DNA of 64,000 bases from Lingula anatina (Eukaryota > Animalia > Brachiopoda): assembly GCA_051362555.1 (NCBI GenBank), contig CM120640.1, positions 67,620,788-67,684,787 of the forward strand, given 5' to 3'. Each line of letters begins with the position of its first letter. Positions within the stretch are counted from its first letter, which is position 1. Of the stretch, positions 25,866 to 38,387 are shown one piece after another. The position numbers and the translations under genes are program-made. The notes under the pieces are model-generated. The model did no database searches. It saw only the letters and a list, made by a program, of their open reading frames with translations, and was not told the DNA's origin.

Positions 25866-27226
25866 TAATGCTTGATACACATTTTACTTTCATCCTAATC
25901 CAATGTTATGCAGAATAAGAATTTGATGTTGGCTATGCAGTTACAGTAAGCATTATACATTAGTTCATCAGAATTGACAGTATCCTATTTCCTGCGTTTT
26001 TATTTTCTGGTTTTTGTCTGTACATTTGACAGCTTTGCTGCCTTGTTTTGGTTACAATTCTTTTGGTTATACATTTGTAAAAACAACTTTTCAAGGACTT
26101 TACCAGGACAAAGTGTGGAGGGGTAGCCATGGCATAAACCCAACTATCCCACATTGTCAAGAATAGTTCATAGTGTATTTATGTCACATGTAACTGCCAG
26201 GGTCTTATTGTTTTTAAAAAGGCAATAAGCAAAGGAAAATGTATTAACTCGTGGATATTAAAATTATAAATAAAAAATATAAACAAAAAAGGAAATAGAA
26301 TACTACACCCCTCAGTCTGCTAAGTGGTCCTAACCCAAATGTTCTATGAGATAGTGCATACATTACACTTGCTTCGGAGACAGTGTTGTTTTGACAAAAC
26401 CTGTTGCTAGTACCAAGGAATTCCGGTCTGATCCAGTAACTTGATTGACAGCAATTTGTAGTCATGACAACAAACTGGTCAAATAAAAAGATGCCGACAC
26501 GCTGATCAGACAGACTGCTGCTATAAATAACTATAGTGAAGTTATTTATAGCAACTAATCAATAACAGTAGTTTGAGCTAGGTGTGAGTTTTTTCAACTG
26601 AGAGGCATATCATACTATCTAGAAACGTCAAATTAGAGGCAGGGAAATTTTGAAATCTTACTGAGTGTTGCAATAGGCTCAAAATTTCAACTAGCCCGTT
26701 CGGGCTAGTGCTTTATAAAATTTCAACTTTTTTACTAGCCCGGTGCCACTTTAGGTGGGCAATTGCCTCGGGCTAGTGCCTAACGTCGCAGACTGCAGCA
26801 TTATTTATAATTGCATCAAAATTGACAAAATGACCTATTTTTTGCATCTTTATTTTCTTTATTTTTATTTTTTATTTTTTGTCTCTACATTTGACAGCTT
26901 TGCTGCCTCGTTAAAAAATTACGCAGTTTTTCTGCATATATATATTGATGACACAATTCAAAAAAAAACAATAGGCCTATTGTCTTGAAACTCACAGGAG
27001 TAATCAACCTTACTGAAACACAGGTCAAGTTCCAAAATTGGCTTGATTGGACCATTTTTACAAATATTATGCTTTTTGGGGCCTTTTTTTTTTTTCACAT
27101 GCATATGCAATACAGATAACACATATAGTGTAAAAACTGGTTGACCTATTGTATTCAAACTTACAGGGGTGATCATTATGACTAATTCAGGTCGAGTAGG
27201 AGGAAAAAAGTCTGATCAGACTATTT

Positions 27227-28216
27227 CAGACATGCTGAAAACTCTGAGGGCAATGCAGGCCAATTGGCCTGCTTAGATCTGAATATTGCAGGCCAGGACA
27301 AGATATTGCCGGCCCAAATGTTTTTTGTGCATTAATTTGTATATTTACCCTATTTCGCGTAAAAACTGTGCACTTTAAACTTCTGCTTTATACACTTTAA
27401 AAGGACAGTTGAGTAGCAATTAGGTGATTAAAAATCAAAATGTCATGTTTGTCACCGCCTAATGATGAAAATGTATAATACATTCGTGTGAAGAGCATCC
27501 ACAGATACGAGTTCAATATCATAATTGTCAGGGTCCGAAGACGCACCAAAGCCGCCTCTGATAGCCATACGCTGTTAGGAGACGTTATTCAAAGTAAATT
27601 TATTCTCAGATATAAGGTTTGTTTTGCATACCTGTAAACTCCTAAGGGTTTATCTTACATAGAACTGTGATTTAACATTGTTTAAATCATAAATCCGCAT
27701 GAAATAATTGACGTTTGAAAACAGACAAAACTTCTTTGCTGCACTTGAAATGACCTCGTTAGCTATAAATATGATCCTATAACCTTGCGACATGACATCA
27801 TTCAATCGATGTACATGAGTAGTTGTCACTGTTGAAGGGAAAGCACGTCTATTTATAGAAACTGAAATCAGACCGCATGTATCGTAGTGTTCAGAGAGCG
27901 ACTTCCGCTTGACCTACTTTCTGGACAGTGCTGTTTGTCGAACAGTAGGTAATGAGTTTAGGTCTCGATTTTCTTCTCATTATACTTCAATTTAAGAAAA
28001 TAAAAAGCCTGACTTGTACTTGTATAATTTCCCACCGGTACGATAGGTAGTTAATAAACATACCAGGTGGAAGATTTTTGAAAAATTAATAACCGTACTA
28101 GGTGAGTCAGAAATTATTGCCTGCCTAATTGGGCCGACATACACTAAAATTTTAAGAATATTGTCGGCCCGACTGCCTGATTGGTGGGTCAAGGGCCGGC
28201 GTTTTCAGCATGTCTG
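27227..28216. mobile_element. Non-autonomous hAT-like element D with 6-bp TSD
   Basis: Perfect 16-bp TIR CAGACATGCTGAAAAC. TSD CTATTT at 27221-27226 and 28217-28222. Subterminal GGCC/GGCCC motifs. Confidence 0.9.
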
Positions 28217-29788
28217 CTATTTTCCTTGTAGTCATGCATTTTTTTTTTTTTTTTGAAATGTTCATTTTTCACATATTGGCAATTTTAAGAATTCCATAGG
28301 CCTCAACACTTTAGCTAATCACATTTTCCATTTATCTGTGATACCTGCAGTGCATAATTGAAAATTGGTTGTGATTATGGTGATAAGCACTATGTAATAT
28401 TGCATCTAAGTTGAAAAAAATTCTTTTTTGGGCACTGATGCCATAATGATGGAAAATTGTGTTACTTATGAATCTCAAAATTACAGAAAAGATTTATAAG
28501 ACTGAATTACAGCTTCAGTTAGAAAACTGCCTGATTGCAATTTTTTTCTGGAAGTAAACTAGTTTTTTAAGCACATATTATAGTATGTAGGCCTATTGTC
28601 TTCAAAAAATAAATAATATTTGGAATGCACTCTGAATTTTTAGAATGCTCTTCGAATATCCAGGAACGCAGAAAGAATTGTCTTTCCGACGGCATTCTTG
28701 CTCATTCGGCCTCTAGTGTGACGGGGGTGTTACTAAAATAAAGGTTGAGTGCGAAAATCAACTGGATAGGACCACATTTCAGTAAGGACAAAAAAAGTTG
28801 GCTAGTAAAAAAAAATGTTAAAGAATGTTTTTGACAGTTGACATTGTTTAGACTACATAAGCATAAAATATGAAGTGAATTTTAAAGTTATTGGACAGAA
28901 CTGAATTAAGGCACTGTCACAGCATTAAGCACTTGCATATAAGAAAAAATAAATCATACGCTGACAAACATTGGTTATGTTCATGTAATCAGAGGGGGAT
29001 AAATATTTTGGGCATGTCAAAAAACAATTCCAGATGCTGTTTAAATCTTCTTAATATCCTGGAAATGATGATTACGTACAGTTTTTCATATAATTGATCA
29101 CATTCATATAGTACTTGTACATACATGTACCTATTTATGCTAGGTGTGATAGAGCCTTTAGTATTTTATGCTGTTGTTTGTAAATTTGTTAGATAAATTA
29201 TTGTTGTTACACTAAATAGTGTTATTTACTATAATTAAAGATGTGTATCAGACTGGTATGGCTTTAGAGGTGTTGGGAAGCCATCTTTCTTTTAAAATAA
29301 TTCCTATTTTTCCTATACTTTTTCGATAAAATTCCTATTTTTTTTTCTATTTTTAAAAAAAATTTTTCCTATTTTCCGTAGGTCTGTTATAACTTGACGC
29401 CCTGTCTTAGGCATGTTAACTGGCTCATTTTTGAACTAATGAGATTTGTAAATGTGTTCTTTTGACATTTTTTGCATCTTAATAATATTGTTAGTTGATT
29501 ATATAAAAATGATGGTAAACCTGTTATTGTGTAATAAAGTGTCAAAAATGGAAATAACCTCATATATTTACAGTTTGTCAGATTCACTTTGTTCAGAATC
29601 TTAGAATGGTGGAAATTGGACCTTTAAAATTGTTCTATTGATATTTTTCCTATGTCAACAATTTTCCTAGTTGATCATTTGAAAATGATAGTAAATTGAT
29701 TATTTTGTTTTTATGTAAAAAAAAAAGGTGTTGAAAATGGAAAGAACCTATTTGTGACCAGAAACATTATGAAAAGAAAACTGTGTTA

Positions 29789-30572
29789 TGGTAATATGCT
29801 AAACAATACAACCAAGATTAATTAATTAATTTCAGGGAAACGTCATTTTAGTCGAATTGATCAAAATATAGCAATGGAAACCTTTGAAACTGTCGGATTG
29901 TTTTGGGCATCTGCCAAAATGTTCATCTTACTGAAAGTATTGCATTTTACCCGAAGTGTCATATAAGATAAGCTGCAGTTTTTGCTTAACACGTTTCAAG
30001 CACGTTTTATCCTCCTTTTGAAATCTTATTTTGCGTTGTGCAATATGTGCTAACATTACATGAGATTCAAACAGACGACAATTCATAATTTCCGTCTATT
30101 TATTTCCCCCACTTGTGCTCATTTTCATGACGTACTTCACAAGTGGGATGCCTCACACGTGTTCGTCAGATTTTGACAGGGCATGGTATTTGGCGCCAAG
30201 AAGTCTGGGCGGTTGATCAGGCTGATCTTTCAGTCAAATGATTGTAGTAAATGTAGGATCTTGCGGTATTGATGAATTGTTTCCCCATCTGCATATATAT
30301 TTTAGTCAAACTTGAAAGTAAATTGCTTATTCTTCCCTAACTTTTTATTGCTAGCAAACGCTATATATGGTCTATGTGAAGGTGTTTATGACATATCCGA
30401 CCCACTGTTGATATTTGGTTTCATCCAGAAATGGCCGAACAATCGGAACAAGAAAATAATTATGTCGCATGATTTTGACGATGGACTAAATGTTTGAGCC
30501 CACAAAAATTAATTTTATATAATTTTTTGGGTCGGATTGATTGGACCAGTCGAAATGCTTGACACATTACTA
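29789..30572 (-). mobile_element. Older internally deleted copy of element C
   Basis: Both TIRs are recognisable with CpG-decayed termini (TGGTAAT.. / ..ATTACTA). TA is duplicated in host CTGTGT-TA-CTTA. Internal blocks match 47067-48950. Confidence 0.85.
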
Positions 30573-31348
30573 TACTTAATATTTTTTTTTACTTACGAGA
30601 ATGATTCTTAGGATCTTGACATACAGCTCAAATTAGAAAACTTGCTCCTTTGGATTATCATTTTTTATTGAATTAATGCATTTTTTGTGAAATTTTCTCA
30701 TTCTGGCATTTTCATATTCTTGTTGTACACATTTTACTTATTGCATCAAAATTGATAGTAGCCTATTTTGTGCATTGTTATTTTTTGCTTTTTGTCTGTA
30801 CAGACAGCTTTGCCGCCTTGTTATGTTTTCCGTAAAAAAATATGCTAACTTCACCTGTGGTATAATAATCGGAGGTGGTATCACCTTTCTAATCCTCAGG
30901 TTACCTTACATTTTCAGCACAAACAGCTATGGCTTGCCTAACCAGGACGCATCTTGTTAAGAAAGCACAGGCAAAGATGAACAAGATCATTCCATACAAA
31001 TCCAAGCAGGGCACTGGTGAATTAATGGAGCAGGGACATGTATTAAGTCAGATAATATGGTGAGTGTGGCTACACAATAAAGGAAAAACTTGCATGTATA
31101 AACATAGCAGAATGAAGTATAAAATCAAAACCTACAAAAACCCTATGTATATCTTCTTCATTATGTATAAAAACAAAATTATGCATTTAATGAAATAATT
31201 AAAATGACAAATATGATGTATATACGTTGATTGATATCTGCCCTGGAAATACTGCTTTTTATGTACAAGCACAGATGTGTCTGTACATATAGCTGTCACC
31301 TGCGTCTGTCGTTGCTGTTGCCCTGCATTTTTACCGATAACACGTTAA

Positions 31349-33744
31349 GGGACGGATGTACCCAAATATAGCTAAAAATCGTCATTTTTAGTTTTTTATG
31401 TCTAATTATTGGTTAAATGTGTATCTAACGTTTAACAGAATAAAATTTTTACATTTTGAACAAAAAATATGTTTTTTTCTGTGGATTCTGATGCTGCACA
31501 CATCGGCATCGGTTCGTTGTCAAGGTCGTTGGCATGGGTAAACTCGTTGGGCGGACCTCAGCAGCATCAGCCCGACTCGAGAAACAATAGAACAGGGATG
31601 CGTCATACCCCCTTTGTCATAAACAGCGATCGGCAAAGCAGTGCCTATTGTTCCGCTTAAGCTGTTTTGATAGTCGCTCTTGATTGTGATCAGCGCTAAG
31701 GTGAATCTTTTCCGACACATTGGATTTGCTCGAAATACGCATTCTCCTTTGAATTGCTTGTTGTTACACGCGCTCTTTCGATTTTCTTGTTAACTTTATG
31801 AGATACGCAATAAAAAAAAAAATGAAAATTCCATTGCTTGCTACCCGTGACAGCAACCGTCATACTATCCATCCATTTTCGACAACAGCTCAATGCAGGC
31901 GTTAGATTTTAAAAATCTACATGGGCGTAACTAGGCATACGCACGGATCCACTGTGTGTACAATTTTTTTGTCAACCATGATATTATTTTATATAAATTT
32001 AGTGCATTTTTCACGGAATATAAAAGAAAATCCTCTGCTTATTAAAGCCACCTGTATGTACAAATCCTCTGTATCAATTGTATAGGCACAATTGTTCCCT
32101 CCCCCCCCCCCCCCCGTCTTGCAAACTGAGGTATACAATGTCTGTAACCTTAACAAGTTCTATCTTAATCGTCCATTTAACTTCTTTCTTGATATTTATC
32201 TCAGGTAAAAATCTGCCTGAGTGTTATTTTCAAAGAGCAGCTCCCGCAACCCTGGGGGCACTAGATAAAATCTGGACGCCAGGTTTAAGAAGGAGCTAGA
32301 GAAACAAAGGAATAATTTTTCCTGCAATGCTTCAAAGAATTTTGACACGGACTTGACCCAGCTAACCCCTCCAAACTAACAGGGTGACATGGGGAATTTT
32401 TACAAACAAATAATTAAACTTATATGTATCAGAGCTCTGTCGTGTCGTACACTTGGTTGTCTTTGGGAGCCATGCATCCACATGTAAGGTAAATGAAACC
32501 GTATGTTAGTTCAACTCAGAGGTGCATCCAGGATTATTCGAAGGGGGTTCCACATATGCGAAGCTAGCCTCCTTTTAAATAAATTTACCGTTCTGGGTAA
32601 TAAGAATATTGAAACTTTTTTCTTTGCGAGAATATTTCTGACTAAATAATGATTTTATTATTAATGGAAATTAAGCTGCGATGTGTGGTACATATGCTGT
32701 AATTACGCTGTCCTTCATCTCTTGCGTTAGTCTACATTTTGCTGGGAATTTAAAAAATCTGTGCGTACAATTTTAAAGGTCTGGTTACGCCCCTGAATCT
32801 ATGCAACTTGGGCAATTTGATCCGATCGTCGTCCTGTAACACGACCGTGTTTTCGAACCATTTTTCGCTTGGCAAATGTGGACAAGACCGCCTGCGATGC
32901 TGTTATTGTGTGCACATCCTAGAGCGCATCCCTTACACTTGCCCCGACGGCAATTGACAGGGCCACTGATTGCTTGAGTCATTAGGGCTGACTTGATTGC
33001 CTGTCAATCATTCTGGCAGTGCTAGCGGTAACCCCTTGAAGTTACTAACAGGAGGTGAGATTGATACAAAAATAAGATTTTCTGACATCCAAATGCATGC
33101 AAACAAGCTAATTTCAACCGGCAATAGAGTACTCATCTTCGCGATCGTCAGAACGATAACAGGTAAAGCTGCCAACAATTTAATTTGCTAATTTGGACAA
33201 TTAACCTCCCTGAAAGGGTTTTTGCTCGTTTTCTTTGCTTTCAATATTGACGAGATAGCGTTATCTTAGCAAGCTATAACTGTCTACCTGTACACCTGAG
33301 GGAGACCAAATTCACCATGCTAATTATGAAAAGTATGCACTAAAAGTGCTCTTTAAGAAATTTTGATTGATCCTCTCTTTTCTAATTTATAGACTTTGAA
33401 AGTGAAAATTCCCTAATATTTTGATATTTAGTAATTTCACGTTTTTATAGATAAAATCAACAATAAGTGTCTGAAGAAAAATCCCTGACTCCATGCTGTA
33501 GTACTTTGTTCAAGTGTTATAATGCCATCAAAAGCAAGTTTATAGCTGTCCAGGTGCCTGAGAAAATCAGGTGTATAAAAATGGTGTTTTTGTCCCCAAA
33601 ATCCCAATATTACGTCACACGATGAAGTTGGAGCTGTGTTCCAAGCATTATTAGATATTTTGAAGATACATTAAATGAATGTGACAGGAATAAAAAAGCC
33701 AAGACCTGTATTTTAAGAGAAAATCTCAAACCTACATTCCCCCC
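31349..33744. mobile_element. Non-autonomous Kolobok-like element F
   Basis: TTAA at 31345-31348 and 33745-33748. Purine-starting imperfect TIR GGGACGGATGTA / GGGGGGAATGTA. The host reads through after removal. Confidence 0.8.
31920..32795. mobile_element. Non-autonomous hAT-like element G with 6-bp TSD, nested in F
   Basis: TIR CA(T/G)GGGCGTAAC(T/C)AG. TSD AATCTA at 31914-31919 and 32796-32801. Confidence 0.82.
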
Positions 33745-34472
33745 TTAAGTAGAAAACTGTTTTTTCTTTTGGCTTGAAAATAACAGAACTGATGAAAATT
33801 CATAATATGCAGGTCAAGTTCCAAAATCAGCATGATCAGGCCATTTTTATGGAAATTATGCTGTTTTTTTTTATTACTTTTTTCAGCATTTATGCAACAG
33901 CAATAACACGATAAGAGAAAAACTGTTTTACCTTTCAGCTTAAATTTACAGAACTGATGAATATTCATAATACGCAGGTCAAGTTTGATCGGACCACTTT
34001 CACACAAGTTGTACTGTTTTTTTCCATTATTCAGCATATATGCAGCACTGATAATGCATTTTAAGGAAAACCGATCAGCCTTTTGTCTTGCAACTCACAG
34101 GAGTGATCAGTCTGACTAATATACAGATTAAGTTTGAAAGTAATACTGATCAGTTAAGTTTTGATGAAGTTATGCCTTTTGTAGAATTATATTAAGTGGT
34201 TTTTTCTTCAGATTCAATTCTTAGGCATGTTAACAGTCTCATTATAGAATGAATTAGATATGTAAAAGTGTTGTTTTGACATTTTCTGCTTCTTAACAAT
34301 ATTGTTAGTTGATTATATAAAAATGACGGTAAACCTGTTATCATGTATTGTGTAATGATGTATTAAAAATGGAAATGAACTCATATCATTGCAGTTCGTC
34401 AGATTCAATCATTCACTAAGTTAAGGATCTCAGAATGGAGCAAGTTGGACATTTAAAATTGTTCTATTGATA

Positions 34473-35972
34473 TTTGTACCACCAGCGTAGGCGCTGGCAG
34501 TACACATGGTTTTAGTCCCTTCTGGATCGTTCCGCCAGCTCCGCCGGACGGCTACCGTTACCGCTTCTCCTCCTAGACAGTTAGGGCCCCCGTACCCCAT
34601 CTCTTGGATTTAGGTCACCTATAATCTCAACTCGTTCCACGTAAAATTTGGGCTTTGTCGGTATTGGGGTCTGGGTGTGGCACTCATTGCAATGCACCCT
34701 TGTCTAAAAATGGCAAAATTAAATGCTAATTATCTACCCTACAGAAGGAATTATGGGAAAAATTTCTACAGACGGCTTTCCAAAAGTCATATGTGTAGAT
34801 TTCAAATATGCCCTTGGATTTGACCTTTGACCTTTTTTTCAAGGTCAAATGGGCCAAAATTTTCAAAAAAATGAATTTTTTTTACGAAAAAAAAAATTAT
34901 TCAGACAGCACACAGACTTAACCAATAATAATATTGGCAAGTGTTACCCTTCAGGTCATCTTTCATCTCTGTGAATTTGGGGTCAATCGGTGCATTTTCA
35001 CGGGAGTAGCGGCCATAAGATACCGAAACTGAAAACTGTCTCTAATTCGGGAACCGTTAATGCTAGAGACCCATTCTTTTTTGCATTTTGTAGAGCATGT
35101 AAAGCCCAATACTGAAAGTGGTCTCCGTTTTTTTGTATTCCATACGGTTTTCGAGTTACGCTGTATCAAAAAGTACATATTGGTGGTGAAAGCAAAATGT
35201 ACAGTACGGTAATAGATAATAAATTTTGAACTCTGGAAAAATAAAACATAAGGCTTGGCAAAGCAGACAACTTGTGGTCAAAAATGACATTATTTCATCA
35301 AATTTGAACTTCTGGAACTTCAGAGGACCTCCCATTTCAAGAATTTTGACCAAAATGACCTTTTCTTTATTTTAATTAATTTTTCTGTAGGAAATTTATG
35401 GCACATTATGGTAACTCCAAAATTATAACATTTAGTCCCTTATATCTCCAAAACTGGCAGAGATAGGTCCATAGTTACTATTGAAGTTGAATAGGAAGTC
35501 ATATACTGGCAATCTTACTGTGACCTTGAAATTGACCTTTGACCTACTTTTTACCATGAACTGAACTTTGCAAATTTTGCTTCCCTTTTATCTCCAAAAC
35601 TGGTAGAGATAGGTCTATAGTTACTATTGAACTTGAATGGGAAGTCATATCCTGGCAATGTTAATGTGACCTTGAAATTGACCTTTGACCTACTTTTCAC
35701 CATGTGTTGAACTTTGCAAATTTTGGTTCCCTTTATCTCCAAAACTGGCAGAGATAGGTCCATAGTTTCTATTGAACTTGAATAGGAAGTCATATACTGG
35801 CAATCTAAATGTGACCTTAAAATTGACCTTTGACCTACTTTTCACCATGAACTGGACTTTGCAAATTTTGGTTCCCTTTCATCTCCAAAACTGGCAGAGA
35901 TAGGTCCATACATGTAGTTTCTATTGAATTTGAATAGGAAGTCATATACTGGCAATCTAAATGTGACCTTAA
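34473..35972 (+). mobile_element. HINE-2: second Helentron-like family, head plus 146-bp array
   Basis: TTT-GTACCACCAGCG-tagg-CGCTGGCAGTAC hairpin head inserted in a T-run. Monomer anchors at 35451, 35597, 35742 and 35888 with TGACCTTTGACC motifs. Confidence 0.75.
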
Positions 35973-36782
35973 CCCCATAGAGACCGCTTAGCTGTGACCT
36001 AGAAAAGTCCCCTGTGCCCAGTTAATCTGTACAGGTACCTGTGAAAAGTTGGGTTCCCTCAGTATTTTGGCTGTAACTTATTTGTTAGCAAATATTTCCC
36101 ACACAAACCATACATCTTTAGAAAGCTAATATTATATGCTAAATGATGGTGGTTTTATTAAAATGTAATACTTTTAATTGTTAGAATTATTGACCTTAGA
36201 AAATTGGATATATATTTGGGCCCGACAGAAGAAAATAAAAAAATGCATTTCACTATGCACGAAACTTTTTCTTTTTTCCATATTTTTACAAGAAAATTCA
36301 CTCTAATAATCATAAATTGGTTATCTTTGAACACAGAAAATTTCAGTGCAATATCTTTTTTGGGTTTTGAGTAATTACAACTTTATCACGTGCCTGTGCC
36401 TGGAGCGAATTTCCCATTTCACCTGGATGCTGTCTGCTAGACAACAACATAACTTTCAACTTTCACATTATATTTTTTGCTTTAATTGCAAGCTGTATTA
36501 TTCAATTCCATCAATTAAATTTGATAAAATGTGTTAAAATATTTAATTTAAAAATTCAAATTAAATTAGAAAACAATTATTTCTATTCTGATCTCTTTAT
36601 TTATTTTTATTTCTATACTGACTTCAACAAGCAAATGACAAATGACATATGCCTCAGTAGAAATTACAATACAATAGTACAAAATACAAAAGAAACTTTT
36701 AAAAATAAAGTGTTACAAAAGAGATATCATGCTATACAGATACTGCACTCTCAAATACCAGATTCCTTGAAATAACCAAATG

Positions 36783-37310
36783 TTGCACACAAAATACTGA
36801 ATAATATAAGCACCATGGAAGATTCTACAACTACAAAAATAAACTTATATTTCTGACATAAAAAAATAAAACATATTTACACTAAATTCATCATATCAAA
36901 ACCATCCACACAGTAGACTTGAGTATAAAAATCCCTGAAAACAGTTCAAAATTGGAACTGGGGAGCTGAAATATCAAAATATTACACACAAAATACCGAA
37001 TAATATAAGCACCATGGAAGATTCTACAACTACAGAACTTATATTTCTGACATAAAAGAGCAACATATTTACACTAAATTCATCATATCAAAATCATCCA
37101 CACAGTAGACTTGAGTATAAAAATCCCTGAAAACAGTTCAAAATTGGAACTGGGGAGCTGAAATATCAAAAGATTGCACACAAAATACTGAATAATATAA
37201 TCACCATGGAAGATTCTACAACTACAAAATTGAACTTGTATTTCTGACATAAAAGAGCAACATATTTACACTAAGAATCAAAATAATCCGCTCAGTAGAT
37301 CATGAATAAA
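36783..37310. repeat. ~190-200-bp tandem repeat (about 2.7 units) in the piggyBac 3' region
   Basis: CACACAAAATAC(T/C)GAATAATATAA.CACCATGGAAGATTCTACAACTAC recurs at ~36785, ~36985 and ~37176. Confidence 0.9.
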
Positions 37311-37520
37311 AAATGATTTCAGGTCAAAGTATGACACTTATCACAGCGAGTATAAAAAAGCACCCCGAGTCAAATGTAAATCCTCAACAGAATGTAATGA
37401 GCATATACATATCAAATGTGCTTGAAATAGAAGTAAACAAAATCCTATCAACACACACAACAGACAATGAATCTGGATTTTGCACAGGTCTACATGATTT
37501 CTGGTAGACACCAAGACAAA

Positions 37521-38343
37521 AACAAGGCAGCAAAGCTGTCAAATGTACAGACAAAAAACAGAAAATAAAGATGCAAAAAAAGGTCATTTTGTCAATTTTG
37601 ATGCAATAATAAATAATGCTTATAATAGCACAGTCAGTCAACACTGAATTTTAATCATGCACAACAGGTAACATGGTCAATAACAGGAGCGGACCCTGAG
37701 ACATTTTCTGACAGTATTCCAAAGTATCTATGTTGATCCATCCTCCATTTTGATGGTCTTCCAACAGAAAAAAATAGATATCAGTCAATATAAACTTAAT
37801 AACCTGTCTTCAAGAAGACCCAGAAGATGGTCTCAATCCACCCCTTCAATAAGATTACAGTTTCAGGACCATGAGAGACTATAGTCACATGATGAAAGTC
37901 TCAATATTTGAAAAATGATGACAGTGCATAAAATAATTTTATATAATGTTTAAAGACATAAAAAACAATACAATTGCTTATGTGGAAATACAGAAAATGT
38001 GCAGAGCCTCGAGCGGATGAGAGTTAAAAGTCACAAATGCAAGTGTTTGAGAAAAAATTGTAAAGGAAAACCTAACAAAACTAGAAAACCACCGAGAGTG
38101 CAGACCTCTGCCAAGGCAGCAATTGTTGATTATTGTTGATTATTGAGCCAGACCACCACTAAAAACTAATCATTGTCCTCTTTGGCCCAATTCTGACAGT
38201 TCCTGAAAATTTCAGCAAAATCGGTCCATAACTTTTTGAGTTATGTTGATGACAGACAAACAGGGGTGAAAATATAACCTCCTAGGCAGAGCCTGAGGTA
38301 AATATAATTTCAATGAAGCTGCCATTCAAACTTTTAATCTTTG

Positions 38344-38387
<44 letters not shown>

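Larger units (their letters stand above)
18173..26047 (+). mobile_element. HINE-1 copy (same subfamily as 9282-13115) interrupted by another HINE-1 and a TA-TIR element
   Basis: Head at 18173. The body resumes at 21911 and 24700 and the tail ends at 26047. Segments 22250-22814 and 24700-26047 are near-identical to ~11217-13115. Confidence 0.9.
16403..26795. mobile_element. Non-autonomous hAT-like element B with 6-bp TSD (~1.2 kb own sequence)
   Basis: Ends CAGTCTG(T/C)G on both sides after removing element A. TSD CAGCAT at 16397-16402 and 26796-26801. Subterminal CTAGCCC/GGGCTAG motifs occur at both ends. Confidence 0.85.
15830..26912 (+). mobile_element. Old 5'-truncated HINE-1 (15830-16402 + 26796-26912) hosting a 10.4-kb nested stack
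   Basis: 15830-16402 matches the HINE-1 3' body and resumes at 26796, ending in a decayed tail GTCTCTACATTTGACAGCTTTGCTGCCTCGTT. Confidence 0.8.
26913..30822 (+). mobile_element. Old degenerate HINE-1 relative with insertions
   Basis: Diverged monomer and body matches. Decayed tail TTTGTCTGTACAGACAGCTTTGCCGCCTTGTT ends at 30822. No head was seen. Confidence 0.7.
31256..34472 (+). mobile_element. Diverged HINE-1 copy, split by a Kolobok-like element and cut by HINE-2
   Basis: Decayed head at 31256. Monomers resume at 33745 and the body stops at GATATTT where HINE-2 begins. Confidence 0.8.

Noticed and set aside
28610-28733. Possible Harbinger-like end GTGTGACGGGGGTGTTA with GAAT motifs
   Set aside because: Short, single-ended and without a TSD.
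31488-31585. CTGATG...GAAAC suggesting a hammerhead ribozyme
   Set aside because: The core is CTGATGC rather than CTGANGA and stems I-III cannot be built. Only a 10-bp inverted repeat (31488-31497/31561-31570) is present.
32517-32560. CAGAGGTGCATCCAGGA resembling a hAT MITE start
   Set aside because: No partner end was found within element G.
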